Source: an uncultured Gammaproteobacteria bacterium
GTDB lineage: Bacteria; Pseudomonadota; Gammaproteobacteria; JACCXJ01
NCBI GenBank assembly: GCA_963764725.1
Contig: CAVXTM010000012.1
Location: 32,001 to 96,000 of the forward strand
Reading direction: 5' to 3'
Length of the DNA: 64,000 nt
Shown: one piece after another, positions 20,609 to 31,119 of the stretch
Layout of the letters: each line of letters opens with the position of its first letter
Numbering within the stretch: the stretch's first letter is position 1
The notes under the pieces: generated by a model
Told to the model about the DNA's origin: nothing
Seen by the model: the letters and a program-made list of their open reading frames with translations, nothing else
The model's database searches: none
Made by a program: the position numbers and the translations under genes

Positions 20609-21688
20609 GCGGAGATCCGCCAATCGAGGGACCGCCCAGAAAGATGCCCCCATGATGAATGGTCTCCGGCGTTTGCGATGCTCAAGGAGAGCTTCGATTA
20701 CTTTCAGGAGTTGCTCGCTGGGCGAGCACGATCTTCGCCGCGGGCCGTGCGCGAAAGTCACCCCGGTTGCCTTCCCGCTGACTCGCGGGCAGAGGCCGGA
20801 AAAATTCAAATCCAACGTCACTTCATGACTATGCTATAAGGGGACATGCTATGACCCGGAATATGATTACCCTGCTGCTCGCGCTGGGAGCGCTGTTATT
20901 GGCAGGATGCGAGGAGTGGAGCGGCGCTTCGAACGCAAGACCTCGCACCCAGGGTGAGTTTGAAAGCGCCCTTAGCGCGGAAGAGCCTCGTCAGTGACGC
21001 CGTCAGGGGTCGACGGACCTATGCGCTCATCGGACTACTCGGCGGGGGAGATGGGCTGCTCGCCGAGCGCTTCGGCGCGGTCGTTCGAGGATCGCTTTCG
21101 ACGTTATGCTCCGGCTCGAGCACCACCGGTTCGGTCGGATGCATCTCGCGCAACATTGAAGTGACCTTCTCACGTACCGGTTCGAACCTTAGGCACCATA
21201 GAAATACGATGCCATATTGCCTCAGCGCGGATATCGCCCCGACGATGACGAGCACCATACCAGGCACGAACGCCAGAAACAATACGCCAAGTTCTCTGTC
21301 CATAATCATACCCCCTGTTCAACCGCCCACCATCGCGGTGGCCTGCCCGGAGTTATGATCTGGCCCTTAAATACCGTAAGCCGGTTTTCACTTGGTTCTG
21401 CGCGAAAGACAGGACTGATCGAATGCCCGCCAGACCAGGAGCCAAAGGCGGTAGCATGGCAACCCGGTTCCGTCAGCGGAGGGCTTTCCTGGCGTCTTCG
21501 AACCTCTACAGGCCCCACCTTCCCGGACCCCCGACGGCACCATTGCCCGGGGCCGGCTTCGCGTGCCGGGCTCCATCTAGCCCTCGCCTCGCACCATGCC
21601 TTTCGGTGACGTTGCCTCAACTTCTCGTCAATTTGATGCCGGTTCATGATCATCTCCTCTCATAAAGATGTTACCTGGTCGCTAATCA

Positions 21689-21827
21689 TCAAACTCTGCG
21701 CCATCGCCAGCGCCGTAGTCAATAATCTCTTAGTAACAATGAGATAAGCGGTGTGACTAGACGTAGATGCAGGTGTTGGAATGTCCTCTGCTCCGTAAGA
21801 ATTGCAGTCTCCCGATGTAAATCTTGC
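21689..21827 (-). promoter_or_regulatory. sigma54-like promoter (-12 TTGA) and tandem UAS
   Basis: TGGCGCAGAGTTTGA (21703-21689); GTAA-GAA-TTGC 21795, GTAA-ATC-TTGC 21817; downstream AGAGGA RBS and ATG 21653. Confidence 0.65.
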
Positions 21828-21936
21828 CCGATCGCATGATAGGATGGCGACAGGGTGATCGTGCCATTGGAGTGCAGATAAGAGACCTTAGGCTAGACTC
21901 CCGTTTGCGCACGAAATCGCCGCGCGGAGACTGCTT

Positions 21937-23061
21937 ATGAAGGCTTTCACCTGCCACGTCTGTCAGCAGCTGATCTTCTTTGAAAACGTCCAGTGCCTGC
22001 GCTGCCAAAGCGCCCTCGGTTACCTGCCCGATGTGGGCGTGCTGAGCGCACTCGAACCAGCCGCAGACGGGGAGTGGAGGCCGCACGCGCCGGAGGCCGG
22101 GACTAGGCGCTACAAGATGTGCCTGAATTACAGCCAGGAGCGGGTCTGCAACTGGCTGCTAGCCTCTGAGGATGACGCGAACCTATGCCTGGCCTGCCGC
22201 TTCAACCAGACCATCCCGGACCTCTCGTTACCGGAGAATCGCGGCTTGTGGCAGCGGATCGAAACGGCGAAGCGGCGGTTGGTCTATGGACTGCTGGCGC
22301 TGGGCCTGCCGCTCGTGAGCAAACAGGACGACCCGGAGCGCGGGCTTGCTTTCGCCTTTCTCGCCGGCCCGGACGCGGGGTTTCGAGAAACCAACGCAGT
22401 GATGACCGGGCACGCACAGGGCTTGATCACCCTTAACATCGCCGAGGCCGACGACGCGGTGCGGGAGCGATTGCGGCTTGCGATGAATGAGCGTTACCGT
22501 ACGCTGCTCGGGCATCTTCGGCATGAGAGCGGGCATTATTTCTGGGAGCGGCTGCTCCGCGCTGCTGAGCAGCTCGATTCCTTCCGCGCTCTCTTCGGTG
22601 ACGAGCAGGCTGACTATGAACAGGCGCTCCAAAACCACTACAACAACGGCCCGCCCGCAGACTGGCAAACCTATTTCGTTAGCGCCTACGCGAGCGCCCA
22701 CCCCTGGGAGGACTGGGCGGAGACCTGGGCGCACTACCTGCATATCGTCGATACCTTGGAGACCGCCCGCAACTTCTCGCTGCGGGTCGTGATCCCAGAG
22801 CGTGCCGCGGGTGCATCGATAGCGACGCCGGGCGGCGTTACGGCCTACCGGCCGCAGTCCATCGATACGATGGTGGCGAGCTGGTTGCCGCTGACTTATG
22901 CGATCAACAGCATCAACCGCAGTATGGGTCAGCCGGATATGTATCCGTTCGTGCTCTCGCCGATAGCGGTCGAAAAACTAGGCTTTGTCCACCAGGTCGT
23001 CAGCGGTGCGGCCAAGACCGCGTCCGGAACCCTTCCGCGACGCGATGTCCTCGCTCCCTAA
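21937..23061 (+). CDS. Zinc-ribbon putative zinc metallopeptidase (DUF2248-like)
   Basis: CxxC pairs, YRTLLGHLRHESGHY, HPWEDWAETWAHYLH. Confidence 0.88.
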   Translation: MKAFTCHVCQQLIFFENVQCLRCQSALGYLPDVGVLSALEPAADGEWRPHAPEAGTRRYKMCLNYSQERVCNWLLASEDDANLCLACRFNQTIPDLSLPENRGLWQRIETAKRRLVYGLLALGLPLVSKQDDPERGLAFAFLAGPDAGFRETNAVMTGHAQGLITLNIAEADDAVRERLRLAMNERYRTLLGHLRHESGHYFWERLLRAAEQLDSFRALFGDEQADYEQALQNHYNNGPPADWQTYFVSAYASAHPWEDWAETWAHYLHIVDTLETARNFSLRVVIPERAAGASIATPGGVTAYRPQSIDTMVASWLPLTYAINSINRSMGQPDMYPFVLSPIAVEKLGFVHQVVSGAAKTASGTLPRRDVLAP

Positions 23062-23107
23062 GCTGGCCAAGGGCTACGAGGGAGACCTCTGTACTTGGGC
23101 GAGCGAC

Positions 23108-24211
23108 TCAGAAGAAAAACTGCAATCCCGGGCCAAAGTATTCGATGTCGCGGTCATAGAATTGCCCGTTCGGCGAGCGGCCGTTGAAATACTCCATCAC
23201 CAGCTGTAAACGCCGGGTGGCGAGCCATCCGCTACGAAACTCAACACCGGCGCGCGCGGAATAGTTGACCCCCCAATCCGATTCCTCAAACGACTGAACA
23301 TCGAGCGCCACGATCGGATAGAGGAGATTAGAGTAGATCGGATCCGGGCTCGTGACCTCGACCCCGCCTTGCACCATCCAGGGATCGAGATCCGGTTCGG
23401 AGCGAAAGATCCCACCGCCCCCCGCATAGAGCCGAAGCCAGTTCCACGGTTTCACAGACAGCCTGAGGTCGGCGCCCTCGTAGGAGAGATTGATCCGGTC
23501 AACGGGTTCGGGTTTCCGCAGCAGGAATTCATCTCCCAGATGCGAGCTTTGGTGGAATACCCGAACCTGTGCCGAGAGCGGCCCATAGCGCGTACTGATC
23601 GGCAGCCCCACGAAGAAGTCGGAATTGATCAGATCGGAGGAGTCCGCGTTGAGATCAAATATCGAGAACACTCCCGCTTGGAGCCCGGCCTGCCAATCGA
23701 TCCCTAAGCCACGCCAGCCATAAAGCGGTATGGCGGCGCCGAAAGTCGGGGCGCCTACGGTCCCGAGCTCCTCGTCACCCTGGTAGAACTGAAGGCTCGC
23801 CGAAAAACGCGGCCAGCGCGGATCGGCGATCAAGGGGTCGAAGAGCGCCGCCCGCGGGAGCCATCCCCTGGTTTCCGACGGGGTAGCCCTCGGCGGCGGT
23901 GTAGCCGAAGAGGATACGCTGCGCGCTTCCGTGGGTGCTCCGACCAGCTCGACCTCTAACCCATCGATGGCCCCCAACGAGGCCAGCACCTCCTCTGCAT
24001 CTTGTCCCTCGAGATCGACGCTACGCAATCGTAGCTTTCCGTTTTCGACCTGAAGATCACGGGGCGGCAAACCGAAGCGGGTCTCGAGAATGGCCGCCGC
24101 GTAACCCGCAAGATAGCGGTCATCGGCAGTAGCCCTCGCCGTCAGCGAGATCACCGATAGAATCACGGCGGCAATCGCAAGGATGACGGTGTTAATTTGT
24201 GTAGTAGTCAT
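23108..24211 (-). CDS. DUF1207-like outer-membrane protein
   Basis: LFDPLIADPRWP, DLINSDF, HQSSHLGDEF, GRSPNGQF. Confidence 0.8.
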   Translation of the reverse strand: MTTTQINTVILAIAAVILSVISLTARATADDRYLAGYAAAILETRFGLPPRDLQVENGKLRLRSVDLEGQDAEEVLASLGAIDGLEVELVGAPTEARSVSSSATPPPRATPSETRGWLPRAALFDPLIADPRWPRFSASLQFYQGDEELGTVGAPTFGAAIPLYGWRGLGIDWQAGLQAGVFSIFDLNADSSDLINSDFFVGLPISTRYGPLSAQVRVFHQSSHLGDEFLLRKPEPVDRINLSYEGADLRLSVKPWNWLRLYAGGGGIFRSEPDLDPWMVQGGVEVTSPDPIYSNLLYPIVALDVQSFEESDWGVNYSARAGVEFRSGWLATRRLQLVMEYFNGRSPNGQFYDRDIEYFGPGLQFFF

Positions 24212-24424
24212 GCGCTGGACTGCGAAAGCGTGCTACTGACTTCGTACTAGCGTCTTCGCGCTCACCTCGCGCACCTCCGCGGTCTTATCTGCCCCTCCAG
24301 TGATCGAGCCCGCCGTCGAGATTGCGCTCATCGGCGATCCCTTGATGATTTTGGTGCTGATGGCCATTTAACAAGGTGTTGTGCTTCTCATCGTAGAGCT
24401 GCCTGTTCCTGGGCTTTCTCCTTG

Positions 24425-24510
24425 TTGATCGATCAACTCATCGTGCTTCCCTGCAATCGTATCGAGCTCATCGTCCGTCAGGTCGCCCCACATCTGCTTC
24501 GCCTTGCGAT
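24425..24510 (-). pseudogene. CsbD remnant
   Basis: KAKQMWGDLTDDELDTIAGKHDELI, nearly identical to the intact CsbD at 43350. Confidence 0.8.
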
Positions 24511-24583
24511 GAACGTCAAATTGAATGCCAGCATCGTCGGCCGAGCTGATTGGCATCAACTATCACTACGATGGTGCGATCAG

Positions 24584-24598
24584 TCACGGCATATGCCA
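24584..24598 (-). promoter_or_regulatory. sigma54-like promoter
   Basis: TGGCATATGCCGTGA upstream of the CsbD remnant. Confidence 0.5.
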
Positions 24599-24624
24599 GG
24601 CTGCGGATCACGCCCTATCGGCAA

Positions 24625-26065
24625 TTAATTGCGGATCTTTAAACCTATTGAATTATAAGTGGAACTATAAGATGTTTCACTCGATCCCATCGAGCAATCG
24701 ACGAAGATTAGCTCAAGAAAGGAGAGACCCGAGTGAAACGTACGAACGCTGAACACGGCGGAGGAATGATCAAGAGAGAGAGTATTCTCCGGAGCGGGAG
24801 TTCGAACCGACTGGGCAAAGAGGTGAGGTATTGCCAGCGTGAACGGGTAGTGACGCCGTTTCGGCTGGTGATGGCGAGTGCTCTCGACGCGATCGAGAGT
24901 CGAAAGGTCGAGACATTGGCAGATCTCCAACGCGGTTTCAATGCGTTGTTTCGGGGAGAGCTTGGCCTACAAGCCCTTCACAATCAGCTTTCGAAGCGTG
25001 GGTTTGGGGAGTTCATGCGGGCGAGCGTCGAGCGCTTGGTGGAGAAGCTCGTTCTCAATGTCTTGAAGATCAAAGAAGGTCACGCCTTTCGGAATTTCGG
25101 CGCATTGTGATCCAGGACGGAAGTTCCTTTGCGGTCAAGGACAGCTTGCGTGATGTTTTCCCCGGTCGCTTCAAGCGAGTGAGCCCCGCGGCGGTGGAAT
25201 TACACGTCAGCATGGATCTCTTGAGCGAGGCGCTGGAGCACATCACCCTGACCCCCGACACCTTCGGTGAGCGGGCCGAGCTTCCCGACCCTGGGAGTTT
25301 ATCCGGTTGCCTATTGCTCGCCGACCGCGGTTACTTCAGCTTGCCCTATGTGGGGGAGATGATAAAGGCGGGGGCGAGCTTTGTGCTGCGGACCAAGACA
25401 AACCGTCAATCCGTCGGTTGTCAACGCCTATGGGAAAGCGGGTAAGCGCCTGACGCCGGTTGTGTGGGAAGCTGTTGCGGGAAGTGGTCGAACGATTTCC
25501 CGAAAAAGACCCCGGTAGACCTCGATGTATGCTGGCGGAATGCACAGCACGCAACTCTCCTGTCGCCTGGCGGTGAGCTTCAATCCGAAGACCCGTGAAT
25601 TCCGCTACCTCCTCACCAACCTCTGCCGCACCCGCTATGCCGCCGAGCAGGTCGGTTTGGCCTACAAGCTCCGCTGGCAGATCGAGCTCCTGTTTAAAGA
25701 GTGGAAATCCTACGCGAACCTGCACGCCTTCGACACCGGCAAATCCGAGATCGCCGAAGGTCTCGATCTGGGCCGCCATCGCCGCCGCGACGGTGAAACG
25801 TTATCTCGCGCATCTCACCCGGCAGCTTGCCCAAGTGGACATCTCGACCGGCAAGGTCGCCATGTGTGCGCACCATGTGATGAGCGGCATTGTAGAGGCT
25901 CTCCTCGATGGTCGCCTCTCGCGAATTCGTAAGGCAATCAACAACGCCGTCGCCTTTCTTGCAGCCAATGCCCGCCGGGCCACCCTGAACGGCGCACAGG
26001 CGAAGCGGACGCCTCGAACTGAACTTGGAACCAGTTTTCAACGCGGCTAGAGGACCTGGCCTGTG
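24625..26065 (+). mobile_element. Degenerate IS4-family element with a multiply frameshifted transposase; ends approximate
   Basis: IQDGSSF, LLADRGYF, LLTNL..YKLRWQIELLFKEWKS spread across frames. Confidence 0.85.
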
Positions 26066-26223
26066 ATCAGATTAATGCCTATTCTTTTGCAAACTTCGGT
26101 ATCTGTGAGGGCTCGAGGGCCGATCGTTCAGGTACGCAGGGTCCGTGGATGAGTCTGCCACGGACGACGCAGGAAGTATAGGGGCCGGCCAGGTGTTGTG
26201 CAGATCACCGTTAATTATTCAGT

Positions 26224-26412
26224 CTACCTCTTAGCCCCTTCCACTGTTTCATCGAGCTTCTCGCCGGCACGTTCCGCCGGACCTTGGGGATCCAGGGCCT
26301 CCTTAGCCTCGTCCATCGCCTTATCGACCTGCGCACCGGCACGCTCGGCTGGGCCTTGCCGCTCGCACGCACCGAGTCCAAGGATCGCCCGAAGTCCAGT
26401 CGTGCCTCGCAA
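26224..26412 (-). CDS. Small lipoprotein with two GPAERAG repeats; 5' end uncertain or degenerate
   Basis: LGAC lipobox; paralogous to 44116-44271. Confidence 0.65.
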   Translation of the reverse strand: MRGTTGLRAILGLGACERQGPAERAGAQVDKAMDEAKEALDPQGPAERAGEKLDETVEGAKR

Positions 26413-26537
26413 GTATCACCGGCGTGCGGTGCGGCCGTGCAGCTTGAGCGCCAGGACGGAGGCGAGCGGGGCTCACACCCCCTCATGCTCAAACCGATGC
26501 CCAACGATCTAACTCACACGGCCGCACATGACCAGGG

Positions 26538-26778
26538 GCATTAGCCGTGCCACCCTCGTCCATACCGAACGCTGTCGAAGTCAATCAAAGGCTTAGCAAT
26601 TTACTAGATACGCTTCCAGCACATGGGTTCACAGGCCGATCGGTAATAATTGCAAGGGAAATAGCAACTCTTACAGGCGGTTGCTGGTAGACGGCTTGTC
26701 AAATATCGCTGATGTAGTGCTAACCGCTTGAATGTATTGATCCGGGTGTGCAACTTAGAACGGTGGCATAGGCGTTGC
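26538..26778. promoter_or_regulatory. Divergent sigma54 promoters sharing one central tandem UAS
   Basis: TGGCACGGCTAATGC (-, 26552-26538); IHF AATCAAAGGCTTA 26583; GTAA-TAA-TTGC 26643, GCAA-CTC-TTAC 26664; TGGCATAGGCGTTGC (+, 26764). Confidence 0.87.
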
Positions 26779-26865
26779 GCACACGGTCACTAGGCGCGAA
26801 TCGGACGCCCATCTCACGACCCTACAACGATGGTGTTCGAAAACCATTACTTTAAGGAGAAAAAA

Positions 26866-27138
26866 ATGTCAGCAAAAAAGATAAGCACAAAAGCATCTGC
26901 GAGTAAGCAGACGAGTAAGAGTCGCGGTACTACGAAGGGCAGCTCTAAAATGAGTTCAGTTGCTAAAACGCAAATAAAACAGACGGCGGCCAAAGTGCTG
27001 GCCGGAGCGGCTGCGGGCGCAGTTCGCGCGATCATAGGTCCGCTCGAAGAGGCTGCGGGTACGAGCGAAGAGGCTGCGGGTCTCAATAAGCAAGGCGCAA
27101 ACAAGGGCGGGAAGTCTGACGGCAAATCTAGCAAGTAA
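26866..27138 (+). CDS. Small Lys/Ser/Ala-rich protein
   Basis: AAGGAG RBS; first gene of a sigma54-driven operon. Confidence 0.7.
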   Translation: MSAKKISTKASASKQTSKSRGTTKGSSKMSSVAKTQIKQTAAKVLAGAAAGAVRAIIGPLEEAAGTSEEAAGLNKQGANKGGKSDGKSSK

Positions 27139-27148
27139 GCCTTCGGTC

Positions 27149-27595
27149 GTGAGCGATACTGAAAAGAGTGCAACCGGCGCGAAACCGGATGCGGGCGGCG
27201 CAAACTTGCCCTCGCTGATCGGTCGCCTGGGCCACGATATAGTCACTCTCCTCGACACCAAACTCGGCCTACTGAAGCTCGAGATCAAAGAAGACGTAAA
27301 CGCATATGTGCGCGGGCGCGTCTCTATCGGCGTGGGCGGTGTAATCGCAGCCGTCGGGTTCTCGCTGCTCAACGTGGCTATAGCCTTCCTGGTTTCCGCG
27401 CTATTTGAAAAGACTCTGCTCAGCCAACCGGTCAAGTACGCGCTCGGCTTCATAATTACGGGCGTGATCTCCTTGGTCATCGGGGGAGCCGTTATGATAA
27501 GAGCTAAAGACCGATTAGCGAAACAGAACCTCGCGCCCGAAAGGAGCATCGAAGAGCTCGAAAAGGACAAGCGGTGGTTGAAGCGAGAGTCATAA
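27149..27595 (+). CDS. YqjE/phage-holin-like membrane protein
   Basis: LLDTKLGLLKLEIKE, two TM segments, PERSIEELEKDKRWLK. Confidence 0.8.
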   Translation: MSDTEKSATGAKPDAGGANLPSLIGRLGHDIVTLLDTKLGLLKLEIKEDVNAYVRGRVSIGVGGVIAAVGFSLLNVAIAFLVSALFEKTLLSQPVKYALGFIITGVISLVIGGAVMIRAKDRLAKQNLAPERSIEELEKDKRWLKRES

Positions 27596-27646
27596 ACCGA
27601 CTCGGCCTGTTAGCGACAAACGATTTACAGACAAAAGGAGAAAGCA

Positions 27647-28117
27647 ATGGCTAAAAAAAGAGTGCCTGGCAAAGCGCAACTCCAACGCAAAATGGAGGCG
27701 GCGCGCGAGTCCATTTCACAAACCGTCGAGGACATCAAGGACACTGTCGAAGACCAATACGAGTCAGTAAAGGAGACTGTCAGTGGGGCGCTCGACTTCC
27801 GGGAGCCGTTTCAAAAAGACCCCATTGTCTGGAGCATGGGCGCGCTCTCCGCTGGCTTCGCTCTAGGCTACACTCTCGGCTACGCACACAAGAATATAAA
27901 GCCGTCCGGGCGCAAGCGCTCTAAGGTAGCCGCTTTTGCTGACAGCTTCGTTGAGGAACTCTCCACGGTGGGCAATAGCCTCGTCATGCCTGCGCTCAAC
28001 GCGAAGATCAAGCAGCTGTTCGGCTTCGACTTCTCCGACATGTTAGAAGAGATCGGCGGCGTTAAAAAGACACTCGGAAAGAAGAAGTCATCTCGGAAAG
28101 CCGGCGCGAAGTCGTAA
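27647..28117 (+). CDS. DUF3618/ElaB-like protein
   Basis: ARESISQTVEDI, P..W..GA..AGFALG. Confidence 0.65.
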   Translation: MAKKRVPGKAQLQRKMEAARESISQTVEDIKDTVEDQYESVKETVSGALDFREPFQKDPIVWSMGALSAGFALGYTLGYAHKNIKPSGRKRSKVAAFADSFVEELSTVGNSLVMPALNAKIKQLFGFDFSDMLEEIGGVKKTLGKKKSSRKAGAKS

Positions 28118-28158
28118 GGCGCACGACGAAGGATTAAAGTTCCCACTGCGCTATCCTG

Positions 28159-29511
28159 ATGCGCCACGCTGTCACTCTCCCTCTGCTCGCCAGCTTTTCG
28201 ATGCTGGGTTTCGCCGCCTGCGGAGAACGCGCGACATTGCCGGTGCAGGCGGGTATCGGTCGGCAGCCGACGTTGCCGCCGCCGAATCCCACGCTAATCC
28301 CCACCGTCAACATCGCTCCAGCGAAGGGCTGGCCCGCCGGTACAACCCCGATCGCCGCCGCCGGCCTGGCCGTGAGCGCTTTCGCAACCGGCCTGGATCA
28401 CCCGCGCTGGCTCTATGTGCTTCCCAACGGCGATGTACTCGTCGCCGAAACCAACGCCCCACCGAAGCCCGAGGACGGCAATGGCATCCGGGGCTGGGTC
28501 ATGACGCGGGTCATGAAGCGCGCGGGTGCGGGCGTTCCAAGCGCTAACCGCATCAGGTTGCTGCGCGACGCCGACGGGGACGGCATGGCGGAAACGCGAA
28601 GCGTCTTTCTGCAAGGGTTGAATTCGCCCTTCGGTATGACGCTCGTCGGCAGCGACCTCTATGTCGCAAACACCGATGCGATCGTGCGCTTCCCGTATCG
28701 CGACGGCGAAACGCAGATCACCGCGCCTGGAGTAAAGATCGTCGATCTTCCCGCAGGCCCGCTCAACCATCACTGGACCAAGAATGTCATCGCAAGCCGC
28801 GATGGTTCACGCCTTTATGCGACGGTCGGCTCGAACAGCAATGTGGGCGAGAACGGGTTGGAAAAGGAGGTCAACCGCGCCGCAATTCTCGAAGTCGATC
28901 CTGCCACAGGCCGCTCGCGGGTCTTTGCCTCGGGCTTGCGCAACCCGAACGGTCTGGCTTGGCAGCCCCGGAGTGGGGCGCTCTGGACCACGGTCAACGA
29001 ACGTGATGAGATCGGCAGTGACCTCGTCCCCGACTACATGACGTCGGTGAAGGACGGCGGCTTCTACGGGTGGCCCTACAGCTACTACGGCCGGCATGTC
29101 GACGAGCGGGTGAAGCCGCCACGGCCGGATCTGGTCGCGAATGCGATTGCTCCCGACTACGCCCTCGGCCCGCACACCGCGTGCCTCGGGCTTGCCTTCT
29201 ACGAGGGAACCCTCTTGCCCGCGCGGTATGCGGGCGGGGCGTTCGTCGGTCAGCACGGCTCATGGAACCGCAAGCCGCGGAGCGGTTATAAGGTGATTTT
29301 TGTGCCGTTCGTCGATGGTTGACCAGCCGGCACACCCGAGGATGTGCTGACCGGCTTTGTCAATGCGGACGGCGACGCGTTGGGTCGTCCGGTTGGCGTG
29401 GCGGTCGACCGAGCGAGCGCGCTGCTGGTCGCCGACGACGTTGGCAACATCGTATGGAGGGTGACGCCCGCCGCGGAAAAAGGCAGTCGTCCAAAGACGC
29501 CCGGGTGCTAA
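28159..29511 (+). pseudogene. L-sorbosone dehydrogenase-family lipoprotein with in-frame TGA at 29320
   Basis: GLDHPRW, NHHWTKN, GLRNPNG, HGSWNR; same frame continues [15 protein letters not shown] to TAA 29511. Confidence 0.88.
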
Positions 29512-31100
29512 CGAGGCGGCCGATCCTTTTTTATCTCATTACCGAGCCTTTCTACGGCTTTTGCCGCCAGGCGCGCACCGGCATCGAGGAGGATACGGCC
29601 GGCCCTCCAGGACTGCTGGCGCAGGCGGTTCCAATGATCCTCCCGCTTGAGCTCCCGCAGGCAGCGAAGGTATTTCACCCGTTGCGCCTGATCGAGCTTC
29701 GCCAGGATCGCCGGGATCACCCCTTCTTCGATATTGTACATCTGTCGAAGCTGTAGGTTGACCGCGATCACATCGCCCACATCGATCCGCAGGTCCTCCG
29801 CCGTTGCCTCCATGGCCGCTCGGATCGCCTGCTCCTTGGGCCGCTTGGGTTGGGCGATATTGTAGGGCGGGTCCCATTCACGCAGGGGACGGAGCTGATC
29901 GACATGAGTCAGGACGACCAGGAGTGGGGGCGCGATCAGGTCGGTACGGCGCTGAAACAGGGCATTGATATTATCAAGTAGCTGCCGGTCCGCCTGCCGC
30001 GCGGCGTTGGTGGCCGAGCACACGAGTAGGATCAGGTCGCTGCGCAAGAGCTCGGCTTCTGCTTCATCGAGTCCCTGATCTGCCGTCGGCCCTGCATAAC
30101 CCGCGTTATCGAGGACGATCATCCTTCCGGCTTCATCCCGTTCCAATACGTAGGGGGTGATCCCGGAGGTCAGCGGTAGCACATCGGTCATGGCCCGAAG
30201 CTCGCCGAAGAGGGCATTAATGAGACTGGATTTACCGGCTTTGACCTGGCCCAGCACGAGCAGCCGCAAGGGTTCCTCAGCAGGCAGCGCCCGGCGCTCA
30301 AGATCTGTGCGGGAGTATCTCGTTATATATTCAGAAGTATTCCGATCGCTCAAGGTCAAGGCCCCACTGTAGAGCTCGATCGCGTAGTAGGCGACCTGCT
30401 TTACATAGCTCTGCAATAACCACATCTTGATCTCATCGGCGGGGTATCTCAGGGCCTGGTGCGCGCTCAGGTCGCGGAGCTCGCGCAACACCGCCCCCAC
30501 GGGATTGATGGCCAGGGCACCCAGCCGGTATACGTCGTAGCACTTGCCCGCGAAGCTCGCTAGACTGTGCCCCCGCATGAGATCGTGAATGGTCAGCATA
30601 TGACTGAAGGGGATGTTATCAAGGAGTGTTCTCAGATCCTTGCTGACCAGCTCGATGATCATGAGTAAATAGGGGATCGCGATCTCGAGCGGTGCGTTTT
30701 TCGATTCCGGGTGATAATGCCGCGCGACGGTCGTGATCGTCTCTCGGCCCAGCTCGACGAGTCTGGCGGGGTCGTCGAGCGGGTAGTTCGCGAGCGTGAG
30801 CTTCTCCGTGATTGCGGTGGCCTTATCCCAGGCGGCGCGGCTGCGGTCCGGCCAGTGGGAGTCCGGCTGCACCTCGGGTTTGTCCGTGAGCGCAATCGTG
30901 TGCTTGCGGTTCAGCCCCACAAGCGTCAGCCAGGCGGCTACACCCAGGCACGCCAGTACCAGCAACCACTCCAGGATGAGCCCCTGTTGCCATAACCACA
31001 CGAGTCCCAGCGGCAGCAGAGTGACGGTAGGCAGCACGATCACCGCAATGGCCACGAGCCAGCGGAGCGAGAACTTCACCGATGATGTCCGGGTGGTCAT
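29508..31100 (-). CDS. Membrane-anchored P-loop GTPase (HSR1/MMR1-like)
   Basis: Two N-terminal TM segments; [16 protein letters not shown]. Confidence 0.85.
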   Translation of the reverse strand: MTTRTSSVKFSLRWLVAIAVIVLPTVTLLPLGLVWLWQQGLILEWLLVLACLGVAAWLTLVGLNRKHTIALTDKPEVQPDSHWPDRSRAAWDKATAITEKLTLANYPLDDPARLVELGRETITTVARHYHPESKNAPLEIAIPYLLMIIELVSKDLRTLLDNIPFSHMLTIHDLMRGHSLASFAGKCYDVYRLGALAINPVGAVLRELRDLSAHQALRYPADEIKMWLLQSYVKQVAYYAIELYSGALTLSDRNTSEYITRYSRTDLERRALPAEEPLRLLVLGQVKAGKSSLINALFGELRAMTDVLPLTSGITPYVLERDEAGRMIVLDNAGYAGPTADQGLDEAEAELLRSDLILLVCSATNAARQADRQLLDNINALFQRRTDLIAPPLLVVLTHVDQLRPLREWDPPYNIAQPKRPKEQAIRAAMEATAEDLRIDVGDVIAVNLQLRQMYNIEEGVIPAILAKLDQAQRVKYLRCLRELKREDHWNRLRQQSWRAGRILLDAGARLAAKAVERLGNEIKKDRPPR

Positions 31101-31119
31101 GACGGTGCAAGGCCCTGAT

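Noticed and set aside
29320-29322. In-frame TGA in the sorbosone dehydrogenase as selenocysteine or readthrough
   Set aside because: Context DG*PAG is not a Cys site; a CGA-to-TGA nonsense change is simpler
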